A stretch of 64,000 bases of DNA from Octopus bimaculoides (GCF_001194135.2 NC_068984.1:56002237-56066236); one strand, 5' to 3'. Positions 36,781 to 49,503 are shown, numbered from the stretch's first letter. A program made the numbers and translations. The notes: a model not told the origin generated them from the letters alone.

Positions 36781-38384
36781 GGCTGCCATGCAATTCACAG
36801 GACTACAGGTCCAGAGGGAAGTAGAGAGGTCAGCTTCATGCTAGGGAATGAGGAGATTACAACAAAAGAGAAGGTTCCTGCACACAGATCTGCATGGCTA
36901 TGAGTTGAGAATCGTTCAGCACATTCTGACATGCAGCCATAAATTGAATGTGGTGCAGTGTGAAAGCCTATGCATGAGTTGCAGATGACAATGAATAATT
37001 AGGTTGTTAGCTTACTGGCCAAAAAAGATGAGAGAATCAGGTTGCTCTCATTGCATCATTCCTTGGAAAACCTAACACCAATACAGGCACCACATGGAGA
37101 TACCCACCTACTTCTCTCTCTCTCATTCTCTCCCCCTCTCTCTCTCATTCTCTCCCCCTCTCTCTCTCATTCTCTGCCCCCTCTCTCTCTCATTCTCTCT
37201 CATGTAAAGAATGTGGGTGTGTGCTGTATAAGATGATATTTCACTGCCTGACAGTGCTCCTATGAAGTTATCTTCACCAACTTAATGCTCCTTATTAGAG
37301 AGAAAAATATCTTTACAAGTAAAGAGTATTGTGAAAGATTGGTAAACTGAACAGGATCTCAGTCTATTATCATAGACACTTTGCCGAGGCAGATGATATG
37401 GACAAGAGTTTATGGAGAGAAAAATGAAGCACGCTCATATAGGGCCGAGTCAACAGATCTACTTCTCAGGTACTCCCATACCTACTTTTGCATATTCAAT
37501 GCCCACTCAGCATATCCTATGCTAGTTAGATATTAACTAAATTGAAAGATATAATTGAATGATGTTTAAACAGACAAAGGCTAATTTGAAATCAATTGTA
37601 TGACGTTAAATTATAGTATCCAGCTGTTAAAACTATTTTGCTCTAGTTACATATTCTATCATATTTAAAATGATGGCACCACATCACAATATAAGTGATG
37701 AGTGGCAGATGCTATTAAGCAAGCATATTATAAGGTAAACATACAAAATAAATACTAAATGTGGCTACAAAAACCTTGAACATTTGGGGTGGGTGGGTAG
37801 TTTTTTTTTATATAAAATAAACATGCTTGTTTACCTAAAAGTAAATTGTTTATAAATCTTACAGAATATTTGAATTAGAAAGAAATAGCTGCTGTTGATA
37901 ATATACCTATGGTCATAAGTATTCCAACCTTGTTCATCTCATCTATTTTACAAGTATAAAGGCGGGATTCAGAAGAAATTTGACTGCTATTTCATGGTAG
38001 CAGAGTCATCACATGGAGGTTTCCTTAGTGGCTCAGGGAAGAAATAGTATAGCAGTGAGTTGAATGCACACATCTGATTGAAAGTAGAAAACGTTACAAT
38101 TATTAACCATTAAGAAGGTGGTGAATTGGCAGGTCAGCACTATTGGAGCATTGGACAAAATGCTTTGAAGTATTTGTCCCAGCTCTTTTACATCATGAAA
38201 TCAAACACCGCTAAGCTCACTTCACTTATCATCTCTCTGGGATTGATAAAATACAGTACCAGTATACCAGTCAGGTACTGGGATTATACTGGGGCTAATA
38301 TAACTGGCTAACTTCCTTCCCTCACAATTGTTGGCTTTATACCTAAATTAGAAACAGTTAACAACCATTATTTAAGGTGTTGCA

Positions 38385-38590
38385 CTCACGATTGCAAGAT
38401 TATGCTATTGATTCCCATATTGGGTGATGCATTGTGCTCTTGAGCAAAACACTTCATTTGATGTTACTCCAGTTCACTCAGCTGTAAATGAGTAACCCTG
38501 CAATGGACGGATGTCATATTAAGGGGAAAAGTTGTGATCTCAATCACTTATATGCCATGGAAACCAGGTAATTGGCACTAGGGCTCAAAA
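38385..38590 (+). mobile_element. V-domain-like SINE (family E)
   Basis: GAGCAAAACACTTCAT..GTAACCCTGCAATGGAC; matches 40815-41040. Confidence 0.6.
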
Positions 38591-38851
38591 CAGTACTTAC
38601 TACTAATAACCATTATATATTGATTAAATCAGATATGATAGGTTTTATTCTTGGAAAATAAAGATTTAATATGGAAAGATATACATTGAAAGATTCCTTG
38701 TATTCCTTTCTATGTTATGTGTCAGGATCAGGAATTCATGAGTTTGAATTCCTAAAATGATATGGTTAACATTGAGAAATATAATGAAATAGCTACCAAT
38801 CTATTATAAAGAATCTACTGGATTTGATGTGCTGGATGTGGTCCACTTTTG

Positions 38852-39080
38852 AATCATCATCATCATCATTTAGCATCCATTTTCCATGCTGACTTGGGTT
38901 ACACAGTTTGACTGGAACTGGTAAGCCAGAGAGCTGTACCAGGCTCATCTGGTTTGGCTTATTTTCAATGGTTGGATGCCCTTCCTAACACCAAACACTC
39001 CAAGAGTGTAGTGGGTTCCTTTGATGTGTCAACAACACAGGTGCCTTTTACATGTCACCGACACTGACCACAATTATGAT
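38852..39080 (-). mobile_element. Family C copy
   Basis: Tail and GGATGCCCTTCCTAAC body. Confidence 0.75.
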
Positions 39081-40539
39081 TTCATATGTTTGAATAATTA
39101 CATCAACAGAAAACATTTAGATAGGTGACCTTTGTGTCCTTATATTTTAATGATTTAGTCAAATAAGTAAGAGAAACACTCAAAATCCATTTCAGGGCCT
39201 TTGAAACTGGTGGGAAGAATTCATCCTCAGACAGCAATTCAGATTAAATACATTCCTGCCAATCTAGGCAGTGAATTGACAGTCATCATATGAATAACAA
39301 ACAGAATGCTTTGCAATATTTGTTCCAACTCTGTGAGTTCAAATCCACCAAAGTCAACTTTACTTTTTATCCTTTTGGGGTTAAAATAAAACAATGCCAA
39401 TCCAAAACTGAGGATTGAGGAAATGGTAAGATTGCTGGACCAGATACCTTGTAGTATTTGTTCTGGTTCTTTGAGTTTTGAGTGGAAATCCTACCATGGC
39501 ATATTTTGGTGGTAGACTGAACCCAGCACCTGGTTTAACCCCTCCAGCTGACACCTTAGGTGCCTTTGGCAGAGTCTGCTCTGTAGCAAGAATTTGAGCC
39601 AAATTTCTAGTTTGAGGATACCTTCCTCTCACCAACATCTATAAAGTTTAATAGGCATCACCTTCCTGCTTCATTAAAAGATAAAAAATAATCCACCACC
39701 CTAAATTGGTACTTTATTCCATTGACCCAAGGAAGACGAGAGATAAAGTTGACTTCTGTAAGATTTGAACTTGAAGTGCAAAAAGCAAACACAAATACTG
39801 AAAGGCTTTCTGTCCTGACACTTGATGACCCTACCAATTTGCTATGTTGCTGGAGAGATTTATCTGGGACAATAAGATACAAAACTAAATACATTACAAT
39901 GTTTACTTTTACAACTATTGCCTCTAAGGTCATATTCTAAGAGGGTCAACTTTGTCATTTTTAGCACCAAATCAGTACTGATGAAACAGATCTGAGTCAA
40001 AGGCATTCCAGCCATGACCATCCTCTTTATTTTTTTTGTATTTTTGTATACCTACATTGACACTGTTCAGTGAGTTACTTTTTTTTTTATTAACGATGCA
40101 ATGTAATTTGAAGGAATCTAGCTGCTATTTCTAACAGTATCCCTAGAGAAACTTCCATTAGCTAAATTTTGGTTTTCATCCTTCTGGTGTTTAAGTAAAA
40201 TAGCAGCAATATATACAAGTTTAGCAAAAAATTTTAAGTATAATATAGTATCGATAGAAATATATCTTGGCAGAATAAACTAAGCATCTTCTTAACATAC
40301 ATTGTTGTACAAATCATAATTGAGTTTCCACATGGATTCAAAATCTATTTTCATATGAATTCTCAAGTGTAAATGTTCATATCTGTAAAATAATGATTCT
40401 TTCTACAACTTACACACTATCTTATAACTTTATTAATCAGAAAATATTTACAGTCTTTAGAGAGGTTGAAATGAACAAATAGTAGCAGAAAATAACTTAA
40501 ATGATTTCTGACTATATGTCTAATAAAATACAGTATCTA

Positions 40540-40800
40540 CCACCCTTTACTGGAGAGAGAGGGGGAAGAAGGTATCCCTAAACTGGAAGCTTCACTCAAA
40601 TGTTTGCTACAGACATGTGATTAGAATGTTGCAAGAAAGAGTTGTAAGACAGATTCTTCAAACCAAGCCAATTGGCAGGAGACCTAGGGATAGACCAAGA
40701 ATGAGATGGTTCTATAATATCTATAGTTTCAGTTGGTCATGTTTGGGAATACAGCCAGAAACTGTGATGAACGTTGCTCCTGACAGGGCCCTATTGTGCC
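40540..40800 (+). mobile_element. RTE LINE 3' ORF2 remnant
   Basis: IRMLQERVVRQILQTKPIGRRPRDRPRMRW..LGIQPETVMNVAPDR, the RTE C-terminal GRRPRGRP motif. Confidence 0.85.
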
Positions 40801-40814
40801 CGACGACTCTGCCT

Positions 40815-41040
40815 CCATGGTGGAGGTACATGGCTTAGTGGTTAGGCTGTTGGACACATGACTGCTAGATTGTGGTTTCAATTCCTGGAAGGGCAACAGG
40901 TTGTGTTCTTAAGCAAAACATGTTGCTCCAGTCCACTCAGCTGGCAAAAATGGGTAACCCTGCAATGGACTGGCATCCTATCCAGGTGTGGAATATACAT
41001 ACCATGAAACCAGCCCTTATGAGTCAGTATGACTTGAGAG
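40815..41040 (+). mobile_element. V-domain-like tRNA-headed SINE (family E)
   Basis: TGGCTTAGTGG A-box, GGTTTCAATTCC B-box-like, ACCCTGCAATGGACTGGCATCCTATCCAGG resembling the V-SINE domain. Confidence 0.7.
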
Positions 41041-41192
41041 GGCAATGTTACCTTTACTCCATGATCCTTCCAGGAATAATGGGCTGAGAAGATGGATGGC
41101 TGAAATCTGGTGTTTGGGGCATAACTTTATAAAGATGTTCTTATGTTAAATTATGATGGAAGAATTTAGCTTAATTAAAAAAAAAAAAAAAA

Positions 41193-41490
41193 CTGGCACT
41201 CTGTCAGTTACAACGATGAGGGTTCCAGTTTGATCTAATCAACAAAACAGCCTGCTCATGAAATTAACATGCAAGTGGCTGAACACTCCACAGACACACA
41301 CATCCTTAACATAATTCTCAGGGAGATTCAGCATGACACAGAATATGAATAAGCTGGCCTTTGAATTACTGGTACGACTCATTTTTTCAGCTGAATGGAC
41401 GGGAGTAATGTGAAATAAAGTGTTTTGCGCAAGAACGCAACACACCGCCAGGAACTGAACTCATAACATAATGATTGTCAGCCAAATACC
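41193..41490 (-). mobile_element. SINE family D copy
   Basis: 3' half matches 58983-59150. Confidence 0.75.
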
Positions 41491-42599
41491 CAAAGCACTA
41501 CACTTTAAAATAGATAGATTTGTATTTTACAGTTAAACCAGTGACAGTATCAGATAGGCTTATCTTTCTATATTGATATTCACAAGGAATCAAAATTTTT
41601 GTGGACTATATGTGTGGTTAAACAACAGGCTTTACTCTCATTAATGATATGTAATGTAACTTATAAAAATGAATATTGAAAAAATTTTCTTTTCTGATAT
41701 GAGGTTAACATTCATTTAGAATGAAAATCAAAAGATGAGCACTCTTACATTCTTTTATCAAACTATTGGGTGACATGAGCATAGCAAATTGACATCAGTT
41801 TCTTTTAACTATGAAATGTTTGAATAATATTGTAAATAATTACATGAGAAATGCTCTGCCATTGGATTATCAAAAGACAAATACGAGAAAAGAGGGATAG
41901 TTAGAGCAATTTTATAAGGTTAAATCTATCAACAGAATTGAAGGTTTCAAACCAATAATAAAATACGCATATATGTCATATATACACGAATACACACACA
42001 CACACATAAATCAAGAAGATTTTAATAGACTACATGATGTACACTAAAGATTTTTCCCACCAGTATGAATGTTTTTTTTAGAAATTAATTTTTATTCTTT
42101 TTAAAATTTCTTTTCTGTTTAAGCTGCTAATTACTTACAACTAACTTTTTGTTTATTTCTACAACAACAAAAAATAAGACAAATTGCTCTCAAATCATAC
42201 ACAAATGTCTTTTAAAATTGGAAAAGATGCATTGGATAATGTTACCTTACACTCTCCTTAGTAGATAGAATAATCATGGCTGCAATGCTTCTGATCACAA
42301 GTCTACTTCATCAGGGTTGACTGGGAGCTAAACAAAAATAACCTGCATGCATGCTAACATACATACATACATACATACATAAACACACACACACATACAT
42401 GCATGCATGCATCCATTGATTGTTCTCTCAAAGCAGTTCAGATGTGGCTGCTAGGACCTACTTACACTCTTTTGCAGGTGTTTAGAGAGATACCACCTGC
42501 CTGTCACATGGCTTCATTTCATCATGAAACATTTCATTGAGTGTTTTTCCCTTTTTATTTATGGCCAGTTATTGTATGCAATACATAATATGGAATATT

Positions 42600-42785
42600 A
42601 GTTTCTAGTTTAGGCACTATGCCAGCAATTTTAGGGGAGCTGATAAGTGGATACATTGACCCCAGTGCTCAGCCAGTATTTATTTCATCGACCCCACCGG
42701 AATCTGAACTCAGAACATAAAGGCAAACCAAATGCTGCAAAGCATCTTCCTCAGCATGCTAACAATTCTGCCAGCGTGTCACCTG
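42600..42785 (-). mobile_element. SINE family B copy
   Basis: GACCCCAGTGCTC..GAACTCAGAAC..GCTAACAATTCTGCCAGC. Confidence 0.7.
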
Positions 42786-42896
42786 AATGCATAATAGAAA
42801 TATTAAAAACCAATTGATGTCTGTGCCTGAAGCTTTTTAAAGCGAGGATAGGCTTTGCACAGGGCCAATCTTATTCTTTTAACAACTTATACATTT

Positions 42897-43230
42897 CAGT
42901 TCTATATTTAAGAGATGAGGAATTATGTACAGTATTTTATTTACATTATTTACATTCAACGGATATTTGTCCTCATCTTGTTTGTTGTTAACACAAGGTT
43001 TTGGCTGATATACCCTCTGGCTTTCTTCAGGTGTCTTGGAGAAATTTCGAACCTGGGTTCTCATTCCTAAGGCATTCTTCGATGTTATTGTTGTTATTAT
43101 TATTATCATTATTATTATTATTATTATTATTATTGTTCAGGTCACTGCTTGGAATCGAACTCAGAATCTTGAGTTTAGTAGCCCGTGCTCTTAACCACTA
43201 AGTCATATGCCCGTGGGCATATGGCTGTGA

Positions 43231-43268
<38 letters not shown>

Positions 43269-43417
43269 TCGAAAAATATCTTAGGAATGAAAACCCAGGT
43301 TCGGAATTTCCCCAAGACACCTGAAGAAGGCTGGAGGGTATATCAGCTGAAAAGTGTGTGTTAACAACAAACAAGATGAGGACAAATATCCGTCTAATGT
43401 AAATAATGTAAATAATG
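42897..43417. mobile_element. Palindromic head-to-head tRNA-head / hammerhead-like element (family H1)
   Basis: Centre CATATGCCC-GT-GGGCATATG (43204-43223); inverted arms with (AAT)n spacer and CTGAAGA..(G/A)AAA cores; 13-bp TSD AACTTATACATTT at 42884-42896 and 43418-43430. Confidence 0.85.
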
Positions 43418-43814
43418 AACTTATACATTTGCCCAAACGGAAAAAACAAGTTTGCATCATTAAATGTAAATAAAGTCACAGCTATTACATCAGTGTGCTC
43501 CCTTCTTCTGGAGAGATGTTTAAACAAAAACTGAGTCTATTGGATGGCTGTTGACCCTTCTGATTTCATCTGTTCTTTTGAGGGATTCTGTTTCTTGTTC
43601 TGCAATGTATCCAATAAAAACCACATTCCATACCAAGGAGGCTTCGTAAGGTTACCAGTTTAGTCACCGATGGTCAGACCATGTAACAGATTATCCTGAG
43701 TTACATGCTACCAGTAGCACTAAGAGTGACCAGGCAGACAGACATGCTTACACACACACACACATAAAACAAAACATGCAAATCTGCACATATACATACA
43801 TGCATGCAAAAATA

Positions 43815-43920
43815 CCCTGTTGATGTTCAAATTTCAATGAAGGAGTCTGGGATCTAGGTTAGAAACTGGCTCTTTCACTATTGGCAAAAAATCTTGAAAT
43901 AAAATTAAATAATCACACAC
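43815..43920 (+). repeat. About 110-bp microsatellite-embedded interspersed repeat (family G)
   Basis: GAAGGAG..CTAGGTTAGAAACTGGCTCTTTC..AAATCTTGAAATAAAA; copies at 49505-49605 (-) and 52397-52505 (+). Confidence 0.8.
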
Positions 43921-45418
43921 ACACACATACATACAAGTAGACCATCTTCTCAAAATGAATAAGTTTATTAAAAGCTTATTTAAAATAAATATAATTTTTA
44001 TGTTATTGTCCATTGGCTTTCACCTGCAATGGAATGAATGACATTTTAAAATGCCAACTACTTACATAGTCTCAAAGAAAAAGAAGTATATGGAGAACTA
44101 TTTTGTCATTTCTTTAAGCAATAGTAAAATGTTTCAAAGTCAAGATAAATGGTTTGTATTTTATGATCACTTTCTAGAATGATTTGGTAATGGAATTTGA
44201 AAGACCAACTGGAGAGGAATTAAGAAAATACACAGTTTTTGTCACTGTTTTTTTTAAAATGCCAACTAAGCAAAAACAAACAAAAAAAAATACTAAATCA
44301 AGCTAAAGAATTCTATGAAAGATATTCCACATTTCTAAGAGCAGTAAGTTTATAAAAACAGTTGAGAGCCAAATTAAATATCTTATATCTAATATCATCC
44401 TGGCACTTTTTTTCTGAGTTAATATCCTGTTGCGATTAGAGTTTGCCTCAACACCCTCCACTCCCATGGAGAACCAATAAAATATCTAGTACAGGCATCA
44501 ACAGTTAGACAGAGACATTTTCCTTCACTAAAGGAAATTCCCACCATGAATATAAATGTAAATTCCCACCATAAATGTTACATGCATACAAATATACCAA
44601 TGTTATCATCATCATCAACCATTTTTAGAGTCAGCAAGAAAATCTCTACAAAGCTTCTCAACCTACTAGAAATAACAGCCAAATCCTTTCAAATGATATT
44701 TATATTCTGCCAGTTTAAAAAAATGGAAGGACACATAGAACAATGTAGTCAAAGTTAAGCAAATTTTACACACGTACAGAGACACACACGCACACACACA
44801 AACTAAGATAGAAGATACCTGGTCAGTTGTCATGGTGTGATATGAAACCTTAACCTTATTATTCAGAGATATTTAACTATGCTCATGCCAATGATTGTAC
44901 TAGAGCTGAATAAAAAGTGGCCAAGTTAAAATCTCATTCTTTTAATTGTCTGACTGACATGTTGTCTTTGCAAATAATAAAGCCAAAACTATTCCTTTTC
45001 AAATAGATACCAGTTTGCTAAAACAGATGGTAAAACAAGAATGAGCACAAGGATCATATGCTATGTGTAGTGTCTTTGTGAATGCTCTTTGTCCTGTTTG
45101 TACAACCAAACATATGTGTGAGCATGTGTGTATGTCATTATTATCATCATCATCATGATTACTATCATTTTACATCTGCTTTTCCATGCTGGCATTGGTT
45201 AAACAGGTCCCGCAACATCTCATCACTGGTCTTAGTCCTTCATCATATGTACAGTGGTAAGCTGCCAACATTTTAACAATCAATTTGCTCAGCTGCCAAA
45301 CTTTTATCAACTCATTCACTAAGTGACCAACATTTTTAGCACAGGTTTTATATAAAAAAAAAAAACAGAAAATTAGAAATTAAGCCATAATATATTGCTT
45401 CATTAAAATATTACTTAC

Positions 45419-45428
45419 TTTGTGTAAC
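45419..45428 (-). other. Candidate 10-nt microexon or recursive splice site
   Basis: CCCTACTTTTTTTTCAG|GTTACACAAA|GTAAGT. Confidence 0.3.
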
Positions 45429-47164
45429 CTGAAAAAAAAGTAGGGTAAAATCTAGAATCCAAGGAGAGTGGTGAGGGTTTGGGTCCAGAAAAACCAATCA
45501 AAATAAAGTTTGGCAAGTTATGTGGAGGATTGTAGAATATGTTTCCTTGCTTTGGCCCTTTGTCTGAGAGTCAGTAAAACTGAAATTGAAGGATGGTTTA
45601 GAGAGGTGTGAGATTGTAAGGAAAGAAGGGTGATATGAGAAGATGAAAAGTAAGGGTAGCAAGCTGACAAAGAAGGGCCAGATGCTGGACAGGAAGATAG
45701 TCGAATACATCCCTCTAACAACAAGAAAAAGTGACACAATTAAGGTGAGTTTAAAGTATTGTGTGAGAGGGGAAGGAGAAAATGGCAACTGTAGAGGCAC
45801 AGCTGCAAAACATTAGAAGGAGCAACTGAGAGCATATACACAAACATAAAATTACATACACATTATATGCATCCATCCAGATATGTGTGTGTATGTGTGT
45901 GTGTGTGAGTGTGTGTGTGTCTATGTATTTGATTTAATGAGAGACACAGAAGATGGAAGATACGTGCATATTTATTGATCCCTACAATTGTTTCAACCTA
46001 TCTAGCATCGATCCCTCATGGGTGGGATTCTTAACAACTGGTTTAGGAGTATCCATTGGTGTAGATGTGTCTCTTCAGGTGATTACAATATGCATCTCAT
46101 TAAAATAATGACTGTTCCACAAGATATCTTCTTGGTTTGTGTATAGAAAAGCAGCAAATTAAGGAATACAGCTTCATCTTTATAGAAGATCAATAGTAGT
46201 AAATAACAGATTCAAAAAGAAACGAATGCACAATACAGCAAAAAAATGTATTAAATATAACCGTTAACAGATATAGATGTATAAATGCCCACGCTTAGGT
46301 TGTATAGCACATGTACACATTGTACAAACAACCATGAAGATATAAGCATATGCACACACATGGTTTGGTGCACATACATTCACACAGTGAATTAAATAGC
46401 TACTTAGTGTTTATAAGAATGGGGAGGCTAGAGTTAAATTTAATTCATCCATACCTTAAGGTAAATTATGATTATTAATTCGGTTAATGGTTACTAAAAC
46501 TCATTCCCACTGCATAGTGCGAAAGTGCATTTATATGCATGTAAGTATTTTAAGAGTGTTTCAGAAATTCAATCAATGATCTTCTCATTGGTCCACAAAA
46601 TAGACAGGGACTCTCTTTTTGGCATCTAACAAAATGTAAACAACTGTTTCTATCAAACCAGTAAGAGCCAGGTTCAACTGATATGTGAGTGCATACATGC
46701 ATGTGTGTGTGTGTGTGTGTGGATGTGTGTATATATGTGTGTGTGCATGTGCGTGTATGTATATATACATATACAGATACATGTTAATACTAATGTATAT
46801 TTCCTTTCAATTGTCATGGCATATAAACTTTAAGTAGAAAAATTCATTTAGAAACACTACATATAATTTTCACTTCAAATCATGAAAGAGCCATCCGAAT
46901 ATCGCCATAAAGGATGGGACGAATCCTTTGACCCAGTGGCATGTTTGACATTATAATTTCTGAAAAAGGCATCCCTCTTTGGCATCTAACAAAACGGTAA
47001 CAAACATTTCATGCAAACCAGTAAGAGCCAGGTCCAGGTAACATGTGAGTGTACATGCATGTGTGTGTGTATGTGTGTGGCATGTGTGTGTGTGTGTGTG
47101 TGTGTGGCATGTGTGTGTATTTGTACATGTGTGCATATATATTTATATATATATAGGTACATAT

Positions 47165-47453
47165 ATATCGGTACCCCCTGGACTGGCTCTTGTGCGGGTG
47201 ACACATGAGGTTTTTCGAGCGAGATGAGCGTGGCCGTTGCCAGTACCGCCTGACTGGCCTTCGTGCGGGTGACACATAAAAGCACCCACTACACTCTCTG
47301 AGTGGTTGGCGTTAGGAAGGGCATCCAGCTGTAGAAACTCTGCCAAATCAGATTGGAGCCTGGTGTAGCCATCTGGTTTCACCAGTCCTCAGTCAAATCG
47401 TCCAACCCATGCTAGCATGGAAAGCGGACATTAAACGACGACGACGATGACGA
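47165..47453 (+). mobile_element. Family C, young copy with (GAC)n tail variant
   Basis: CpG-rich; tail TTAAACGACGACGACGATGACGA. Confidence 0.9.
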
Positions 47454-47457
47454 TATA

Positions 47458-48189
47458 CAGACTATCCTCGTTTAACGACCGAGTTATGTTCCAACAGCCC
47501 CACCGTTAAGCAAATTCGTCGTTAAATGAATATTCATAGGGTATGTATTTTTTTTTATAGGTATAGTGTACTGTACATACATATAAAAACAGAATACCGT
47601 ACTGTATAAAGTATATGCAGTACAGGGCCAAGAATCACTAACATAAATTGTTGAAAAATGAATAAGTAACAGTAAGATTATCACAAGGAAAACCTTAAAA
47701 GTTAGGATATGGATACTGTATTATTGTAGCTCAGACATCGTAAGTATGTTTGTGATTCCAGGCCCAGTACATATGATGATGCCTGATAAACTTTTCTCAG
47801 GATTATATAGAAAAGGTGAAAAGGTTTAAAGGAAACTCAAACATAATAACTTTGTTTTACTTTGGATAAAGATTACAAAAGCAACTCATTCTTCACATCA
47901 AAATGGATGAAAAATCTCGTCAGTGTTGTTTGCTTTGTTATCTTCTTTTTTGCATCATAAATTTCTCGATAACATCGGAAAAGTTCAGTTGTCTGCCTTT
48001 CCACCTTGGAAAATCACTAAAAATTTGGATCCATCACCTCAAGTTCTAGCAGTTCTCGTACAGCGCACAATACGACAGTCAAAGTTTTTAAGTTTCTATA
48101 TTTTGGAAAATATGTAATGACGGCTCGTAAAGTTTGTCGTAACTCCGAGTGGTCGTTAAATAGGTAGGTCATTAAATGAGGACAGTCTG
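47458..48189 (-). mobile_element. Tigger/pogo-like internally deleted DNA transposon, 732 bp
   Basis: TIRs CAGACTATCCTCGTTTAACGACC / GGTCATTAAATGAGGACAGTCTG with TA TSD; residual C-terminus VMDPNF**FSKVERQTTELFRCYREIYDAKKKITKQTTLTRFF. Confidence 0.9.
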
Positions 48190-48619
48190 TATATATATAT
48201 TTATACACATACACACAAATAAAGTATAAAAGGGGATTCAGAAAATCAATCAGAACTCACAGTAAGCACTTCTACAAAGAATCAGCCATCAGTTCATATA
48301 ATAATTAAATTATGATTTAATTAACTTTTCTATGCAGCCAAAACTCCAGGATATACAAGAAGTAAATATTTCCACAAGGAGTAAATAATGAGAGAGTTGA
48401 ATCCTAAATGTATCCATGATGTTCTGATATATATGATCAGAAGAGTTAAATTTCTCTCTTGTTTAAGTCAGAACAGCTGTTGGTGTTAATGATTATGCAA
48501 ATTGGTTGATATATACGCATGTATACGTGAATGTGCATTTGTATGCATTAAGACAAACTTGCGCTAATGAATATCACAACAGAACACTAGTGTGTATGTT
48601 TCATTATTGATTGTGTCTG

Positions 48620-48979
48620 TGTTCATATGTATTCCAATGTCGCCTTCCTGGCACTTGTGCCAGTGGCACATGAAAAGACATTCAAGCGAATTCGTTGCCA
48701 GTCCCGCTGGACTGGCTCCTGTGCAGGTGGCACGTAAAATACACCATTTCGAGCATGGCCGTTGCCAGTACCCCCTGACTAGCCTTCGTGCCGGTGGCAA
48801 CGTAAAAGCACCCAATACACTCTCTGAGTGGTTGGCGTTAGGAAGGGCATCCAGCTGTAGAAACTCTGCCAAATCAGATTGGAGCCTGGTATAGCCATCT
48901 GGTTTTCACCAGTCCTCAGTCAAATCGTCCAACCCATGCTAGCATGGAAAGCAGACGTTAAACGATGATGATGATGATG
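48620..48979 (+). mobile_element. Family C copy
   Basis: Body motif and GTTAAACGATGATG tail. Confidence 0.9.
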
Positions 48980-49471
48980 TATATGTGATAGCGTGCATAT
49001 GTTCACCCAAGAGCTTCAAATGGAGAACCCCCTAATTCTTTTACAAATTTTCGCTGTATCTCTAACAGATTGTACCTGGAGAATGTGAATCAGTCTGTTC
49101 TGTTCTTATTTAGGGGACTCAAGCATTTTTAGGTTTCTATACAAAACTTTGTTATGTAGTCTATGATGATAGGAACAAATGAAAATCTATAGCCTGGATA
49201 TAAGAACTGTGGGTTTCTTATCAATTCTGTAAAGATGTTCTCCATTTTCTCTATTTGCTGGGCATCTGACCTCTACTATGGGGCACAACTTCAACATTTG
49301 CTTCATGTCCCATTGCACAATTTCTGATATATTGTGTTTACACTGGGTTGTTTTTGTTGCCATGGTCCCCAGAATTCTTTATTTTTTTAAAGTGTGGATA
49401 TTTTCTGGTGCTCATGTGCCTTTGGTTTGTTTGTATGTATGTATGTATGTATGTATGTATGTGTGTGTATG

Positions 49472-49503
<32 letters not shown>

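Noticed and set aside
43140-43212. tRNA gene
   Set aside because: It has A/B boxes but no convincing cloverleaf or acceptor stem, and is embedded in a repeat; treated as a SINE-type head.
45975-46090. Minus-strand GAAAC-AATT-GTA-GGGAT with an upstream CCCATGA or CTGAAGA
   Set aside because: The core is degenerate or too distant, and stem II is unsupported.
46975-47000. miR-9-like TCTTTGGCATCTAAC
   Set aside because: Only partial similarity to miR-9-5p, no miR-9-3p/miR-79 arm, weak hairpin.
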